A stretch of DNA of 64,000 bases from the NCBI GenBank assembly GCA_050084515.1, contig CM114271.1, positions 23,684,001-23,748,000 of the forward strand. Reading direction: 5' to 3'. A program made the translations under genes and the position numbers. Source of the stretch: Blasia pusilla. Taxonomy: Eukaryota. Shown here piece after piece: positions 51,524 to 63,800 of this stretch. How positions within the stretch are numbered: position 1 is the stretch's first letter; every line of letters starts with the position of its first letter. The notes below the pieces were generated by a model. It did no database searches, had not been told where the DNA came from, and saw nothing but the letters and a program-made list of their open reading frames with translations.

Positions 51524-54500
51524 TTGGTGGTGGTGCGGCATCGGCGTTGGTCATCACGGAGTGTCGGGTGGTCTGCGGTTGGGGACCGTGGTGCGGATAG
51601 TGGTGGTTTCACACGGAGTGGATTTAGGTATCGGCTACCTTTTCCACTTCCGACGGTTGATGAAGAGGAGGACGAGGGTGTTCCAAACACCGAGTCTTCT
51701 ACGTTGTTATCGAGTGTTGCGGCTCCATTGATTTGGGACATGGACGGTGGATATGGGGTCATGAAGGGCCCACGGACGATACTCGGGTGCAAAGTGGGTA
51801 CCATTGAGTTGGAGGACTTCATGCGGGAGTTTGATACGTGGTGTGATATGTAGATGTTGCGAACGCCACGTTGTTTACACCCTTCTTGGCTTGGAAGGGT
51901 TGTTTCAAAGACTTGGAAGGACCACCCATGGATGATTACCATGAGTTTAGGAAGGACCATGTTTTTGAGATTGAGGCATGGAGACAATATTGGTCTCAGG
52001 CTATGTGTCTATCACCCATGGTGGTATTGGTAGTAGTGCTCCTACTATGCCGGCCGGCCCGGCGAGTGAGGTGCAGGCGAGCGAGGTGGGGTACGAGTGG
52101 AGGAGTGGGGGTACGGTGGAGGTACTAGTGGGGGTACTAGTGGAGGTACTAGTGCCCCACCATCGTTTAGCCGAGTTGCAGAGTTCTTCAAGAGGTTGAA
52201 GAAGAACTATCAAGGAGTGAAGACGGAGAAGTTGAGGAATCTTCAGGACTTTGAGCGAAAAGGCGGTGAGAGTCTTCGTGAGGCATACACACAGCGTATC
52301 GGACGCTTGATTTCATTACCAGGGTGTGGCGAGGATCAGCGATCCGATTTTGGTATGGGATCTTGGGCAGAGATTTGCGCCGTAGGGTAGGGTGCGTGAT
52401 GCTACTCTTATGAGTGATGATTCACCCACATTGACCCATGTGTTTGCTCTATCCGAGAAGATTGAGCTTAACATGGTGAAGGAGAGAGTGGTGACATCCG
52501 CATTCAGTAGGGGATACAACTACTACTTCTCGTGTTCAGCCGCCCACCTCACGATCTCGTAGTAGTGGTGGTGGTAGTAGTAGTGGGAGTCGTGGGGGTA
52601 CACGCGACCTCGATCAAGTCCTAGAGGGACATTTGTGCAGAGACCATTGCCTTCATTTGCTGCCCCTTGTGAAGGACAATCATGTTGGACATGTGGAGGT
52701 GATCATGTTAGGAAGTTTTGTCCCCAAGAGGATGGGAGACGGACTTTGGAGGATGGGCCTCGATCGGCCCCAACTCGGTGTGATCATTGCGGGAGACTAG
52801 GTCATCCTCGAGAGCGTTGCTTTGATCTTCATCCGAGTTGAGATCAGGCCGTGGCCGTGGTGGAGTAGCTCCGAGAGGCCGAGGTGGTAGAGGTGGTAGG
52901 GGTGGTAGAGGTGGACCCGGTGGTTGGAGAGCCTACGGTGGCTACCCCTACCACTACGACAATCACTATGGCTGCCAGATTGAGCTTGATTGGAGTAGAA
53001 GTTGGCTACTATGGGCTGGTATCCAACATAGATCAGGTTCGGGAGCAAGGGCTTCCACCTCTTATGGAGGGGATGATCTCTCTTATATGGCGAGTGCAAA
53101 GGCCTGAGGTTGAGGCATCAGTGCGATTATGAGAGGAGCCACTCGGCGTAGAGCCACGTGGTGCTCTTGTGAGTTGGACCCAGAGGGGTGAGGCGGGAGG
53201 CGAGGCTAGGCTTCCCAGTCATTCTTGTTGTCGAGGTGCTTAGGACTCCATCCATGGTTCCTATCAGCCTATTGAGCCGACATGGGGGACCGAGGCATCT
53301 ACAAGCGTGTAGTAGACACGGATGCAAAGCATCAATGCAAGATTGCGGATGGCAACCGGTGTTGGGATCCCCATTGTTTTCGCCACGGAGCGATGGCTTT
53401 AGGAGTTGACTTAGCTCTGTATTTCAGTTAGCGACCACGTTGTGTGAACGTGGGGATATTCTTGCTACGCGTGTTGAGGTGGATGAGGGTGTTGCGGTGG
53501 AGCGACCCTCTATGTCGAGTAGTATTGAGTACGGTGCTACTTGGCGGCGGCGGCGAAGATGGATGCATTACCCGGCCCGCGCCACCATTGATCGTGAGAG
53601 GCTTACACTGGTGTATGTATGTTGGACAACCGGAGTGGGATCTTCCGATTGGTGAGTCCCTACAGGGCAGGTGTATAGACCAGATAGAGTCTTGTTAGAC
53701 TCGGTGCCCAACCTTGATGTTGGGAAAGGCGGCATGTATTGGTTTGGGTATTCGGAGGTCGAGCTTGAGCCTTGCCCATTCCAGATTCAAACATCACTTG
53801 GAGGAGCCAATGATAGGTCTCAATTCATGACACGGGAGAAGTTTTTCTGTCTGTTGAGACCAGATCATGCGACCGATAGCTCCCGGTTGGGAGTATCTGC
53901 GGTAGTCACATCGGCCGAGTCGTATGATGTACTAGTTGGAGGAGCGATATTGTACCCGATGGGTTTTCAGATGGATTCTTTGGGTCGAGACAAAGATCTT
54001 ATAGACCAGGTTGGATCCGGGATGGACGTATGAGCCAAGTTCTGTGAGATTTATTTGTGGGGCTCGACCAGGAGGGTCTTCCCCAACAAAGATGTTAGCA
54101 TCGTGGGCTGGTTTTAGTGGAGTAGTCACTTGGCCAGGAGACTTTTGGAGGGTAATGTTTACGCTATGGATTCTCCTGCGCATGAGGAGGAAGAGGAGGT
54201 CCCTATTTTTGCAGCAAGTGGCATCCTCATCGTTGGATGTGCAACTTTGGAGTTCAGCGGTGCACTACGGCGGGAGGCGTCGCCTAGTGAGAGGCTTGGT
54301 GTGAGGTGTTATACCTCACGAGGAAGAGGAGGCCCCACGGCGGACTCCTACTTCTGGCTTGATTAGGTTATCCCTTTGGATACTACACCCATTGTATGGC
54401 GTATCCGCCGGAGGGCATTTGTGTGTTAGATCTCTTTGGTGGGATTAGCACTTTGGTTTGGCTGCGATGTTGCAGGCGGTATTCTGTCTTGGAGATACGT

Positions 54501-55613
54501 GTATGTGGAGCGAGATGAGACGGCCCGAGAGAGTCTCATCCCGACATATTGGTCGATTGATGCAGAGGTATCTGAGTTGTTGCCGCCATCGGCTATTCGT
54601 GGGTACCGGCGTGCTTTACCATCACACATTGCATCGTTGGGCGCAGGACCTTGAGAGAATTGGTCCTGTGGATTTGGTGATTCTTTGGATGGCCATGTCG
54701 TGGTCATACACACGTCTTTGGTCGGGTGAGGGATTACATGACCCTAGGTCTCGATTGTTTTGGGAGATGTTACGGGTGTTACGACATCTTCAGGTTCATC
54801 AGGCACGTGCTCTAGCTTACATTCTGGAGAATGTTCCATTGTTGGGTGACACTCGGACCCGGATGATGGCGAGTGTTCATGAGGTGCGCTCTTGGATTGG
54901 ACCAGCGGTGTTGTTGGATGCAGCGCGAGTTGGCTCGCGTGCACATCGTCCACGCTTGTGGTGGACAAACTTGTTGCCTAGGGAGGTTCTACGTCGAGCA
55001 TATGATGCAGTGTAGCGGGATCCTCGCCTTACAGTGGATAGTATCTTGGATACTGGGCAACTTTCCCAAGTGGTGAGGGTTATTGATCGGTCACCCATGG
55101 CAGTGGTGAACCGTGTGGGCCAACCTAGGATGGCACTACCCACATTTGTGAGTTTTCCTCGTCACAAGCCTACCAGGGAAGGTGGTCCGGGGCTTGTATG
55201 GGATTCTCATGTGCGACAGTTGGTGGAGCCTAACGCTGATGAGAGAGAGCGTGCGATGGGATTTGCATTGGTGTGACAAAGCGGTTGCTTCTATTTACGA
55301 GGCTTCACGACGTCATGTGTTGGGTCAGGCCATGGACCTGAATTGTTTGACTTGGATTTTGAGTCTTGGTATGGCCGAGCAGCGTCGACTTCGGACTATG
55401 TCTGTGGGTCTTCCACCCCTTGTAATGAGCTCGATGGCTACCGGGATGGTAGAGGCATCGGCTGGGGGCGAGGAGAGTAGTATTTTGCATCCTTGGAGTA
55501 AATGGGATGTAATGGCTGGGCATGTGGAGTTGGTTGCTCATGCTGGTGGAGGAGTTATTTGCTCAGATGATGGTGTAGCTAAGGGTGTATCATCTTGTGA
55601 GGGGGTTGCGTAG
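51524..55613 (+). pseudogene. E3 Gag-protease-DNMT ORF (frameshifted in this assembly)
   Basis: Gag and two CCHC-type knuckles; PR VLLD; DNMT about 54415-55365 with GWPC at 54687-54698, YILENVP, AHRPRLWWTN, ERERAMGF, LGQAMDL; ends at TAG 55611-55613. Confidence 0.85.
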
Positions 55614-58600
55614 CAGCCAATGGCATCGTCCTCTCCCTCTAGTATGCCAGTGGAGGAGACTTGGGAGCCATTACTTGGGCCCAAGCTTACGGGAGGTGAG
55701 AAACGATGCTTGACACAGTTCCTACGTGCTTATAGGAGTTGTTTTGCCTTTAGCATGAAGGAGTTGGGTTCTCTGGTTGGACCCAGTATACGGATTGATT
55801 TGGCTAGTGATACGCCAATCTTCCGTCGTCCCTATCGATATAGTGATATGGAAAGGGACTTGATTCAGAGTAGGACGTTGGACCTTTTGGAGGCTGGATT
55901 AGTGGAGTTGTCGTATGGAGAGTATGCATCAGCCACTATCATGCCTGCTAAAAAGGATATGCATGGCAACTACACGGATAGGCGGATGTGTGGAGATTAC
56001 CGTCCTATCAATCGGCAAACCAAGGCCGATAGGTATGCCATGCCTACACCTGAGGAGATCTTTGATGTGGTGGGACAGCAAATATTTTCAGTACTTTGGA
56101 TCTTGGCGGGCAGATACCATCAATTGCCGATTCGGGAGAGTGACAAGGCCAAGAAAGATTTTGGGGTGTCAACTCTCATGGCAAGGATTGTTTGTACCAG
56201 TGGAAATTCTTACCCTTTGGGTTGAAGAATGCACCTGCCGAGTTTCAAAGAGTGATGGACAGGATCCTAGCAGGGTTGGATTTTGTTTGGTGTTACATTT
56301 TTGATATCTTGGTGTTCAGTAACACGGTGGAGGAGCATCAGATACATTTGCAGATGGTGTTTGAGCGGTTGAAAGCTCATTGTCTACGTTTGCATCCAGG
56401 AAAGTGTAAGTTCTTCCATGAGGATGTTGAGTACTTGGGTCATGTGATCTATCCAGGTGGTTTGGGAGTTCAGCAAGCAAAGGTGGAGGCTATTGCACTT
56501 ATTCCGCGTCCGATAGATGTGAGTAGAGTTCGAGCATTCATGGGATTGGCAAACTACTATCGGAGGTATGTGAAGGGATTTAGTGCTATGGCAAAGCCTT
56601 TGAACCAATTGCTGAAATCAGATCAAGAGTGGCATTGGGGAGATGATCAGGAGAGAGCTTTTGTGGAGCTTAAGGCCCAGTTGGTGGCGGCGCCTATCTT
56701 GAGGAGACCTATCAGAGGGCGCCCATTTCAGATTACACTCGATTGGAGTAGTTTGGGACTTGGAGCGGTGTTGACACAACATGATGATGAGCACATGGAG
56801 TTTGTGGTGGCCTATGCAAGTCGTTTGAATAATGCAATGGAGTCGCGCTATAGCTCATATGAGGGAGAGTGCTTGGCAAGAGTGTGGGTGTGGCACACTT
56901 TAGGTGTTACTTGTTTGGCACACAGTTTACCCTTGTTACTGATCACCAGCCGCTCAAGTGGTTGATGGAGTCGGACAAGCTTACAGGGAAGCTTGCACGG
57001 TGGGCTCTTATCTTACGGGAGTATGACTTCCAGGTGGTACATAGACCTGGAGTTGCCAACCTTGATCTTTGATGGGTTGAGTAGGAATCCATGTACTAGC
57101 CAAGAGGATACAATCGGGGCTAGATGGCATGGCGAGGTTGATGAGGAGATGGTGCCAGGTTGGCATGCATCCGCCTTTTTATGTTGGTTAGGGGTGGACT
57201 CTAGTATGGAGGACCACATAATATCTTACTCTAGTCGAGGGTAGATGGCCGGCCTTGAGATCCTAAGGTTGGAGATGGTGGTACGGATCAGCGTGATATT
57301 CATGATGATGCGTTGGTGTTGGAGTTCCTACTGACCAAGAGGGTGCCAGGCATAGTGAGTGCCAAGGAGCGAGACCGTGTTCTTCAACGTGCTAAGAGGT
57401 ATCGATTGAGGGAACACATATTCTCGCGTGTGGGAGGATGGTAGAGTACGAGTAGTGCCACATTTGGCTCAGAGAGAGCGCATTGTGCGACATGCCCATG
57501 AGGAGTTGGGACATTTTGGGGTAAAGCGTACGTATAGCTTACTCCTTGGCCAATATTGGTGGCGTGGCATGCATACTCAGTGCAGCTGATTGGTGTCACG
57601 TTGTATGGTTTGTGACCGGGTGAGGGCATCATTTAATGCCCCTACACCACAATTACACCCCTTGCCTATTATGGGGTTGGGTTACCGTTGGAGTGTGGAC
57701 TTTGCGGGACCGTTACCGTTGGTATGCGACATCATCGATATGTGTTGGTGATGGTGGAGCACTTCTCCAAGTGGATTGAGTTGGTGGCATTACCGGACAA
57801 GGCAAGTGAGGAACGGCGTATGCGTTTGGATAGAGTGCTTAGTCATTTTGGTGCACCGGTGAAGTCTTGACCGACCAGTCTGAGTTTCAGTGGTGAGTTT
57901 CAGGTCTTGTGTGACAAGGCGTTGATTGATCATCGGACCACGTCTCGAGATCATCCAGAGGCGGATGGTTTGGCTGAGCGTGTGGTTCAGACGGTGAAGA
58001 GGGCATTGCGCAAGTATGGCCTACAAAAGGGGCATCTTGGAGATTGGGATATTCAGTTGCCATGGTTAGCCATGGGGTATAGGTTCAGTCGCCAAGCATC
58101 CTTGGCTTCCTTCTCACCTTATTTTCTGTTATACGGCCGAGATCCAGACTTGCCAGCAGCAATTCGTCGGGAGTCTAGTGAGGTGGTGAACCTTGATGAC
58201 CCAGAGATGTGGATGAGGGTGTGTTCTCAGCGGGCGGAGCTCTTTCGGAGAGTTATGCCAACAACCTTTGAGAATCTTGCCATTGCTCAACATAGGGATA
58301 CGTTGCGGTATGCAACCATTCGGGGTGGAGGTTATCGACCATCGATTCGTAGGTTCCATGTGGGGGACTATGTCTATTTGCAGCAGATTGCACCGACAAC
58401 GTTGGATGTGATGGCAGGCCGCACTATTTTACGAGTGCGTGAGGTGTTAGCTTCTGGAGTTCTCATGTTGGAGGGTCGTGATGGAGTTGTTTGGAAGGAC
58501 CATGTGCGTAATTGTGCGCCATGTCATCTTCCAAATGTGGATGGTACTGTTGACCCAAGCTTAGCCATGATACGTGCTAGCTTGAGGTGCATGTTGTGTG

Positions 58601-58728
58601 GGTCTGCTGGTAACGCAGCCCGTATGTTGGTGTGTGATCGGTGTTCTAGGGGTTGGCACATGATGTGTTTGACTCCACGTTTGGATGTTGTTCCTATTGG
58701 AAGGTGGGTTTGTCCTCGATGTACTTAG
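55614..58728 (+). pseudogene. E3 RT-RNaseH-integrase-PHD
   Basis: RMCGDYRPIN, PFGLKNAPAEFQ, YIFD (YIDD in E2), RNase H, HHCC finger, WSVDFAGP, ADGLAERVVQTVK, PHD 58588-58722, stop 58726-58728. Confidence 0.88.
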
Positions 58729-58899
58729 GAGAGGTAGATGACTTGATCTTTGCATGATATGGATTACAGATGTGCGACTAACGATGGGGCAACCTAGCAC
58801 CCGGCCTTCTGATTCGAGCACCCAAGAAGGTGTATAGCATGTAGTAGATGTATAGGGCTACCTGGGAGTTAGAGGACCTAACCGCCGATTAGGGGGCGA

Positions 58900-59478
58900 G
58901 TTGTGGTACACTTGCGTTTGTGGATACTCTCGTCTATGTTATGTACGTATGTGAGTATGGTATGTCAACGATGTATGTTGTATGACGATGTGGATTCGCA
59001 CGACAGCTGTCATGACCATACGGATTATGTCGTAGAGTATAGTGTGCTAGTAGAGGACATTCCTTATGTAGGACCGTAGTGGCTTGGTAGAGATGCGGTT
59101 CCATACATAGGGTTGGGGTTACTAGTTGGGGTGAGTTTCCCAGTAGGGCCCGCTCTTAGGTTGGAGGATATAAGGTGGAGTGCACTCAAAGAACAGTCAG
59201 TTCTTTGAGTTGAGCCTGTTGCGTTGGGAGTTAGCCTTGGTAGTGAGTAGAGCTCTTGGCTATGGTGTTTCCCGCAAGCTTCGACCTGGATTCTCCCATC
59301 GTGGAGTGGGTTTGGCTCGATTGTATGTGATTATAAACGTGTTTTATGACAGTAGGTCTTTCACGGATTTCAGTTGTGGTACACTTGCGTTTGTGGATAC
59401 TCTCGTCTATGTTATGTACGTATGCGAGTATGGTATGTCAGCGATGTATGTTGTATGACGATGTGGATTCGCACGACA
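58900..59478 (+). repeat. E3 3' terminal repeat block A1-B2-A2
   Basis: A (106 bp) at 58900-59005 and 59373-59478; B2 59008-59372 repeats 49690-50056. Confidence 0.93.
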
Positions 59479-60880
59479 ATATCCTTCTATAGGACGGACA
59501 TAAGTTCATGGACATGTCCGCGGATACATGTTTTATCCATATGCAACCTTGATATTCTATATCTTGAATCAGTTGAAAATGTTGGATTTCTAACTTGATG
59601 TTTTCCATAAAGACTAGTAATTTGGATTCCATTTGATGCACTAGATTAGATGGGCGGAAATAAAAATTGGTAGCTAAAGTACTTTATGAAATTCATTGGG
59701 TATTGTTATTAGATAGCTTTGACCATGGAGGTGTGATAAAAAAGATACTTATACTACTTGTGTGCTTATGCACAAATCTGTATCACAATAGAAATTTTAC
59801 TTGAAAGTTTGTTCGTAGGGTTTTTATGGCAAACCCAAAATAAAGCCCTAAACCAAGTCCATGCTTTTGGAGACCAAACATAATTTTGTTGTTTAATATA
59901 TAAGAAACGAATGCAAATAATAATATAGATAAATTTCCAATTTCAAGAATATACTAATTTTTTTCCTTCCCAACCAACCTTGAAGACTAAATTTCTTTTG
60001 CAGAATTTTGTAAAGATGTAATGGAGAGAATAATGGAGGGATACTTAGGGAAATCTGTAAAAATCTAAAAATAAACTCGAGATAAAAAATAACAAACATG
60101 ATGAATATTTTTGTGTTTGCTTCTTATCATTTTCATTCTGTCACCTTCCCGAATGCATGTTACTGCATTCCTTCATTATATTCGAGGTTTATTTTTATGA
60201 TGAAGTGGATTTGGAGGCTTAAGATATTTCAAACATCCAGAATAGATTTAGCCTATAAATTAATTCAATAATGAAACCTATATATTTCTTTTCCTTTTCC
60301 ATTTTCCCCTTTTCTTAGGATCAAGCAAAGCCTGCATGCATGGGAAGCTTGTATTGACCTGTGGATCAGTAATCATATTATTAGCGACTAATTTCGCGCG
60401 ATCATGCTATTTTCGCTCTATTAGCGTAATCTGATCCTCGCCGCCCACGGATCATCGTGGGAAGCCTCGTTCGTTGGCTGCGGACTATGGAAGTGCTGCG
60501 AAAGCGGAGCAGTCACGGAATAGGACGACAGTTCAACTCTCGGGGCCTTCGCCGCGTCCTCATCCTGTCTGAGGACTGTTCATGTCCATCGCCGCTGGAG
60601 CATGTGCGGACGTCGTTGCAGTGGTGGTAGTCGGGAGGATTTGATGGACGAATGGGCGGACTCACTGGTGTACGAGCTGTGAGAATTGGAGGTAGAGAAT
60701 GGCTGATGACTCCGCTGCACTGCGAAGTATTGCACTCCGAATTATAGTGGAAGAGCCGATGTGAAGGCGATTCTCGAGACTGTCACTCGCGCAATTCGGA
60801 AGCGCGATTTCTCGCCGTGTTTCGTGAATTCGATTTCCAGCCTTTGCGGTGACAGTTTATGCACGGTTACGGGAGAAGCT

Positions 60881-63800
60881 ATGGCCGATTTCGAAAGCAG
60901 TGGATATAAAGATGGAGTTTATCATAGTTTGCAACCGCCATTCCCGATGCCCGATGAAACTTACTTGGACTGGGCGACCTTCGTTTTCGGCGGTGATTGG
61001 GGCTCTGATCGCGTGGTTCTAGTCGATGCTCACAGCGGACAGAGTTTGACATTTGGAGAGCTGAAAAGGAGAGTGTACTCTGTGGCTGCGGGCCTCGCCC
61101 AAGTTGGAGTGAAGCAGGGTGATACAGTGTTGCTTGCAGCTCCCAACTCGATCCACTACCCTGTTTTTTTATTTGGAATTATATCCTTAGGAGCTATCGT
61201 CACGACTGCAAATACGACGAACACCGTCATGGAATTCGAGAGGCAGGTTAAGGACTCCAATTCTCGTTTTGCGGTCACAGTTCCGGAGTTGGTGGGGAAA
61301 TTGTCGCAGCTAAAGCTACCCCTGATCTTGATTGATGGTTCTGAACGTAAGGCAGTTACGAATGCTCATCCAATTGCTTACATGTCCCATCTTTTGAAAA
61401 CAGATCCTATCAAGGCTCCAAAAGTAAAAATCAAGCAGACTGATGCTGCAGTCTTGATGTATTCGTCTGGAACAACCGGTCTCAGCAAAGGCGTGCTTCT
61501 CTCTCACAGTAGCTTTATATCTTCAGCACTTCAACGACAAAGCGCGTCTACCGCTGATGCTAACGAGCAAGCTGTTCTCTGTGGTGTAGTTCCCTTCTTT
61601 CATATAATGGGACTGACCGTAGTTTTGGGATACCAAATATGGTCGCGCAATAAAGTAATCGTATTCGCCAGATATGATCTCACGGAGTTGCTTAAGTGTG
61701 TCGAACACTACAAGATAACGATTCTTCCAGTGGTTCCCCCAATTTTGATCGCCCTGACGAAGAGTCCACTCGTGAACGATTATGATGTCAGTTCCATCAA
61801 GGTCATTGTGTTTGGAGCAGCTCCTGCTGGGAAGGAGCTGGTAGTAGAGTGCGCTGAGAGATTCAAAGGCGTTTATCTTATACAGGTGCATACCGACATC
61901 GCTCCTGCAATTACTCACACTGCGTCTTGATTTCTTCTTACACATGGAGAGTTGGCAAACAAACCTACTGGCTGTGAGGGGTCGGTGGACTGGGGCATTT
62001 CATTCTGGCATATGGCTAAGGTCGTTTTGGTCCCGAATCTACGTCTTGGACGATCCAATCCTTGTTGATACCGCATCCACTACTTTTCAGTCGTAATGCT
62101 AATTGGTTAGGCTCATTTGCAGGGCTATGGTTTGACAGAGTCCACTGGCACCGCAACCGTAGTTGATTTGGTTGATTCAGAATATTCGTATGTCAACGGG
62201 TCTTGTGGGAAGTTATGCGGGCGGATTCAAGCCAAGATAGTCGACCTAGACTCTGGGAGGCCGCTGCCCCCCAATCAAAGGGGAGAAATATGGTTGCGTG
62301 GACCGAACATTATGACAGGTGATGCATATGATCTCTGTTGTGGATGTGGTGGGGGTTTTGCATTCCTGAATTGTCACTTGTTTTGTCCTTGGAGGGTAAA
62401 GTGATAGATCTTGCTACTCACCGTAAGTGTTACAATTGAAACTTGGTGATAGTCACTTCGAATTTTGTTTGTCTATTCCGTCCCACTTCAGAATACTTGA
62501 ACAATGCGAAGGCAACAGCAGATACTCTGGATAAGGAAGGTTGGCTGCATACGGGAGACTTAGGCTATTTCGACGAGAGGGGATTTCTGTATATTGCTGA
62601 CAGAATCAAAGAGTTGATAAAGTACAATGCATATCAGGTAAGAACTCTCATTAGCCATTGGAGGACATTCTCCAAAGACTCATTCGCTAATTTTGTGTCA
62701 ACGCAGAAAATCCTACGGCTGATGCGAATGCATCAACAAACAGATGCCTTCTATTGTCTATGAAGACCCAAAGGCCAAAGGACAGCAAGAGCTTGCAAAC
62801 AGCTCAACCTAGACAGTTTCTGAAGAGGGTTTCGTGTGTTTCTTTCTGTCTTATCGGTCGTACTCCTTTTCCTGCAGACTTCGTACTGAATATAGTGCTC
62901 GACTCTCTGACTTGTCATTTTAGTTCTATGATTGATATTCCTACAGCATTCTCTGTCTAGTTTCGCTCAAGGGGAGAGCAGTTGTAGTGATGACATAGTG
63001 GAGTTTCCTCTGTGCAGATCGCTCCTGCAGAGTTGGAGTCTATTCTTCTCTCACATCCCCACGTTTTGGATGCAGCTGTCGTACCGTAAGTGGTCCTTGT
63101 TCTATTCTTTCGAGAAATAGTTGCTTAGATATGCAACTTTGGATACCACTGGCTTATACTAGAAAACAACCATTCAGGAAGATGTTTGAATTTATGGTTG
63201 CTTTCCAGGTTTCCGGATGAGTTGGCGGGAGAGATACCTCTGGCTTTCATAGTGAGGCGTCCGAATCATGCCCTGAATGAGGATACTGCTTTGAAATTTG
63301 TTGCTGAAAGGGTGAGTTTCCTGCAAAGCCTTGTCAATCTGCTTTTTTGGAGAACTTTCCATGCCGTCTATTGCAAATGTTGTACCACCTCACATTCGGT
63401 GGGGTTGGTTTTAGGGAGTGCAAAGGTCATTTGAGAAATATGATACATGAGAAGACCATGTTAAGCTAAAACCTAGTGGCAACTGAATCTTTTTACTGAG
63501 TTGTGCTCCCTTCAAGGTTTAACCAGATCTCTGGCTTATCAAGGTTCAGAGTAGTCAAAGTAAGACCCATTGGGGAGTTCCTTCTTGCATTCTGAGCCAC
63601 GGTCTGATGATTCTTAGGCTAGGATGTGTATGATTTATGTTAATATTCCCGAGTCACAAAACCTTGAAGGTGCGTCATGGCTCCATGCTACAAAAACTTG
63701 AAGGTTCCGAAATTACTACTTGACTTCCTGCATGGTCAAGGACTATGTACTTCCAAACACTGGCAGAGAATTCAAGCGAGTTGTTTCTGTGACATGGACC

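Larger units (their letters stand above)
49690..59478 (+). mobile_element. Uninterrupted Ty3/Gypsy element E3 (9.8 kb) encoding Gag-PR-DNMT / RT-RH-IN-PHD with split terminal repeats
   Basis: TSD ATAT (49686-49689 / 59479-59482). B1 49690-50056; PBS 50056-50067; PPT 58891-58899; A1 58900-59005; gc; B2 59008-59372; A2 59373-59478. Confidence 0.95.

Noticed and set aside
49690-59478. Classifying the split-repeat elements as DIRS/Ngaro tyrosine-recombinase retrotransposons
   Set aside because: They encode an HHCC + DDE integrase after RNase H, an aspartic protease motif, a PPT and 4-bp TSDs; no YR motifs were seen.
58900-59478. A-B-A as a chance solo-LTR insertion or tandem-duplication artefact
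   Set aside because: The same arrangement occurs in four elements from three LTR families, with matching TSDs at the outer ends of the three complete ones.
60761-60880. GTG-initiated N-terminal extension of the 4CL-like protein
   Set aside because: An ORF-caller artefact of allowing alternative starts; ATG 60881 gives a normal-length family member.
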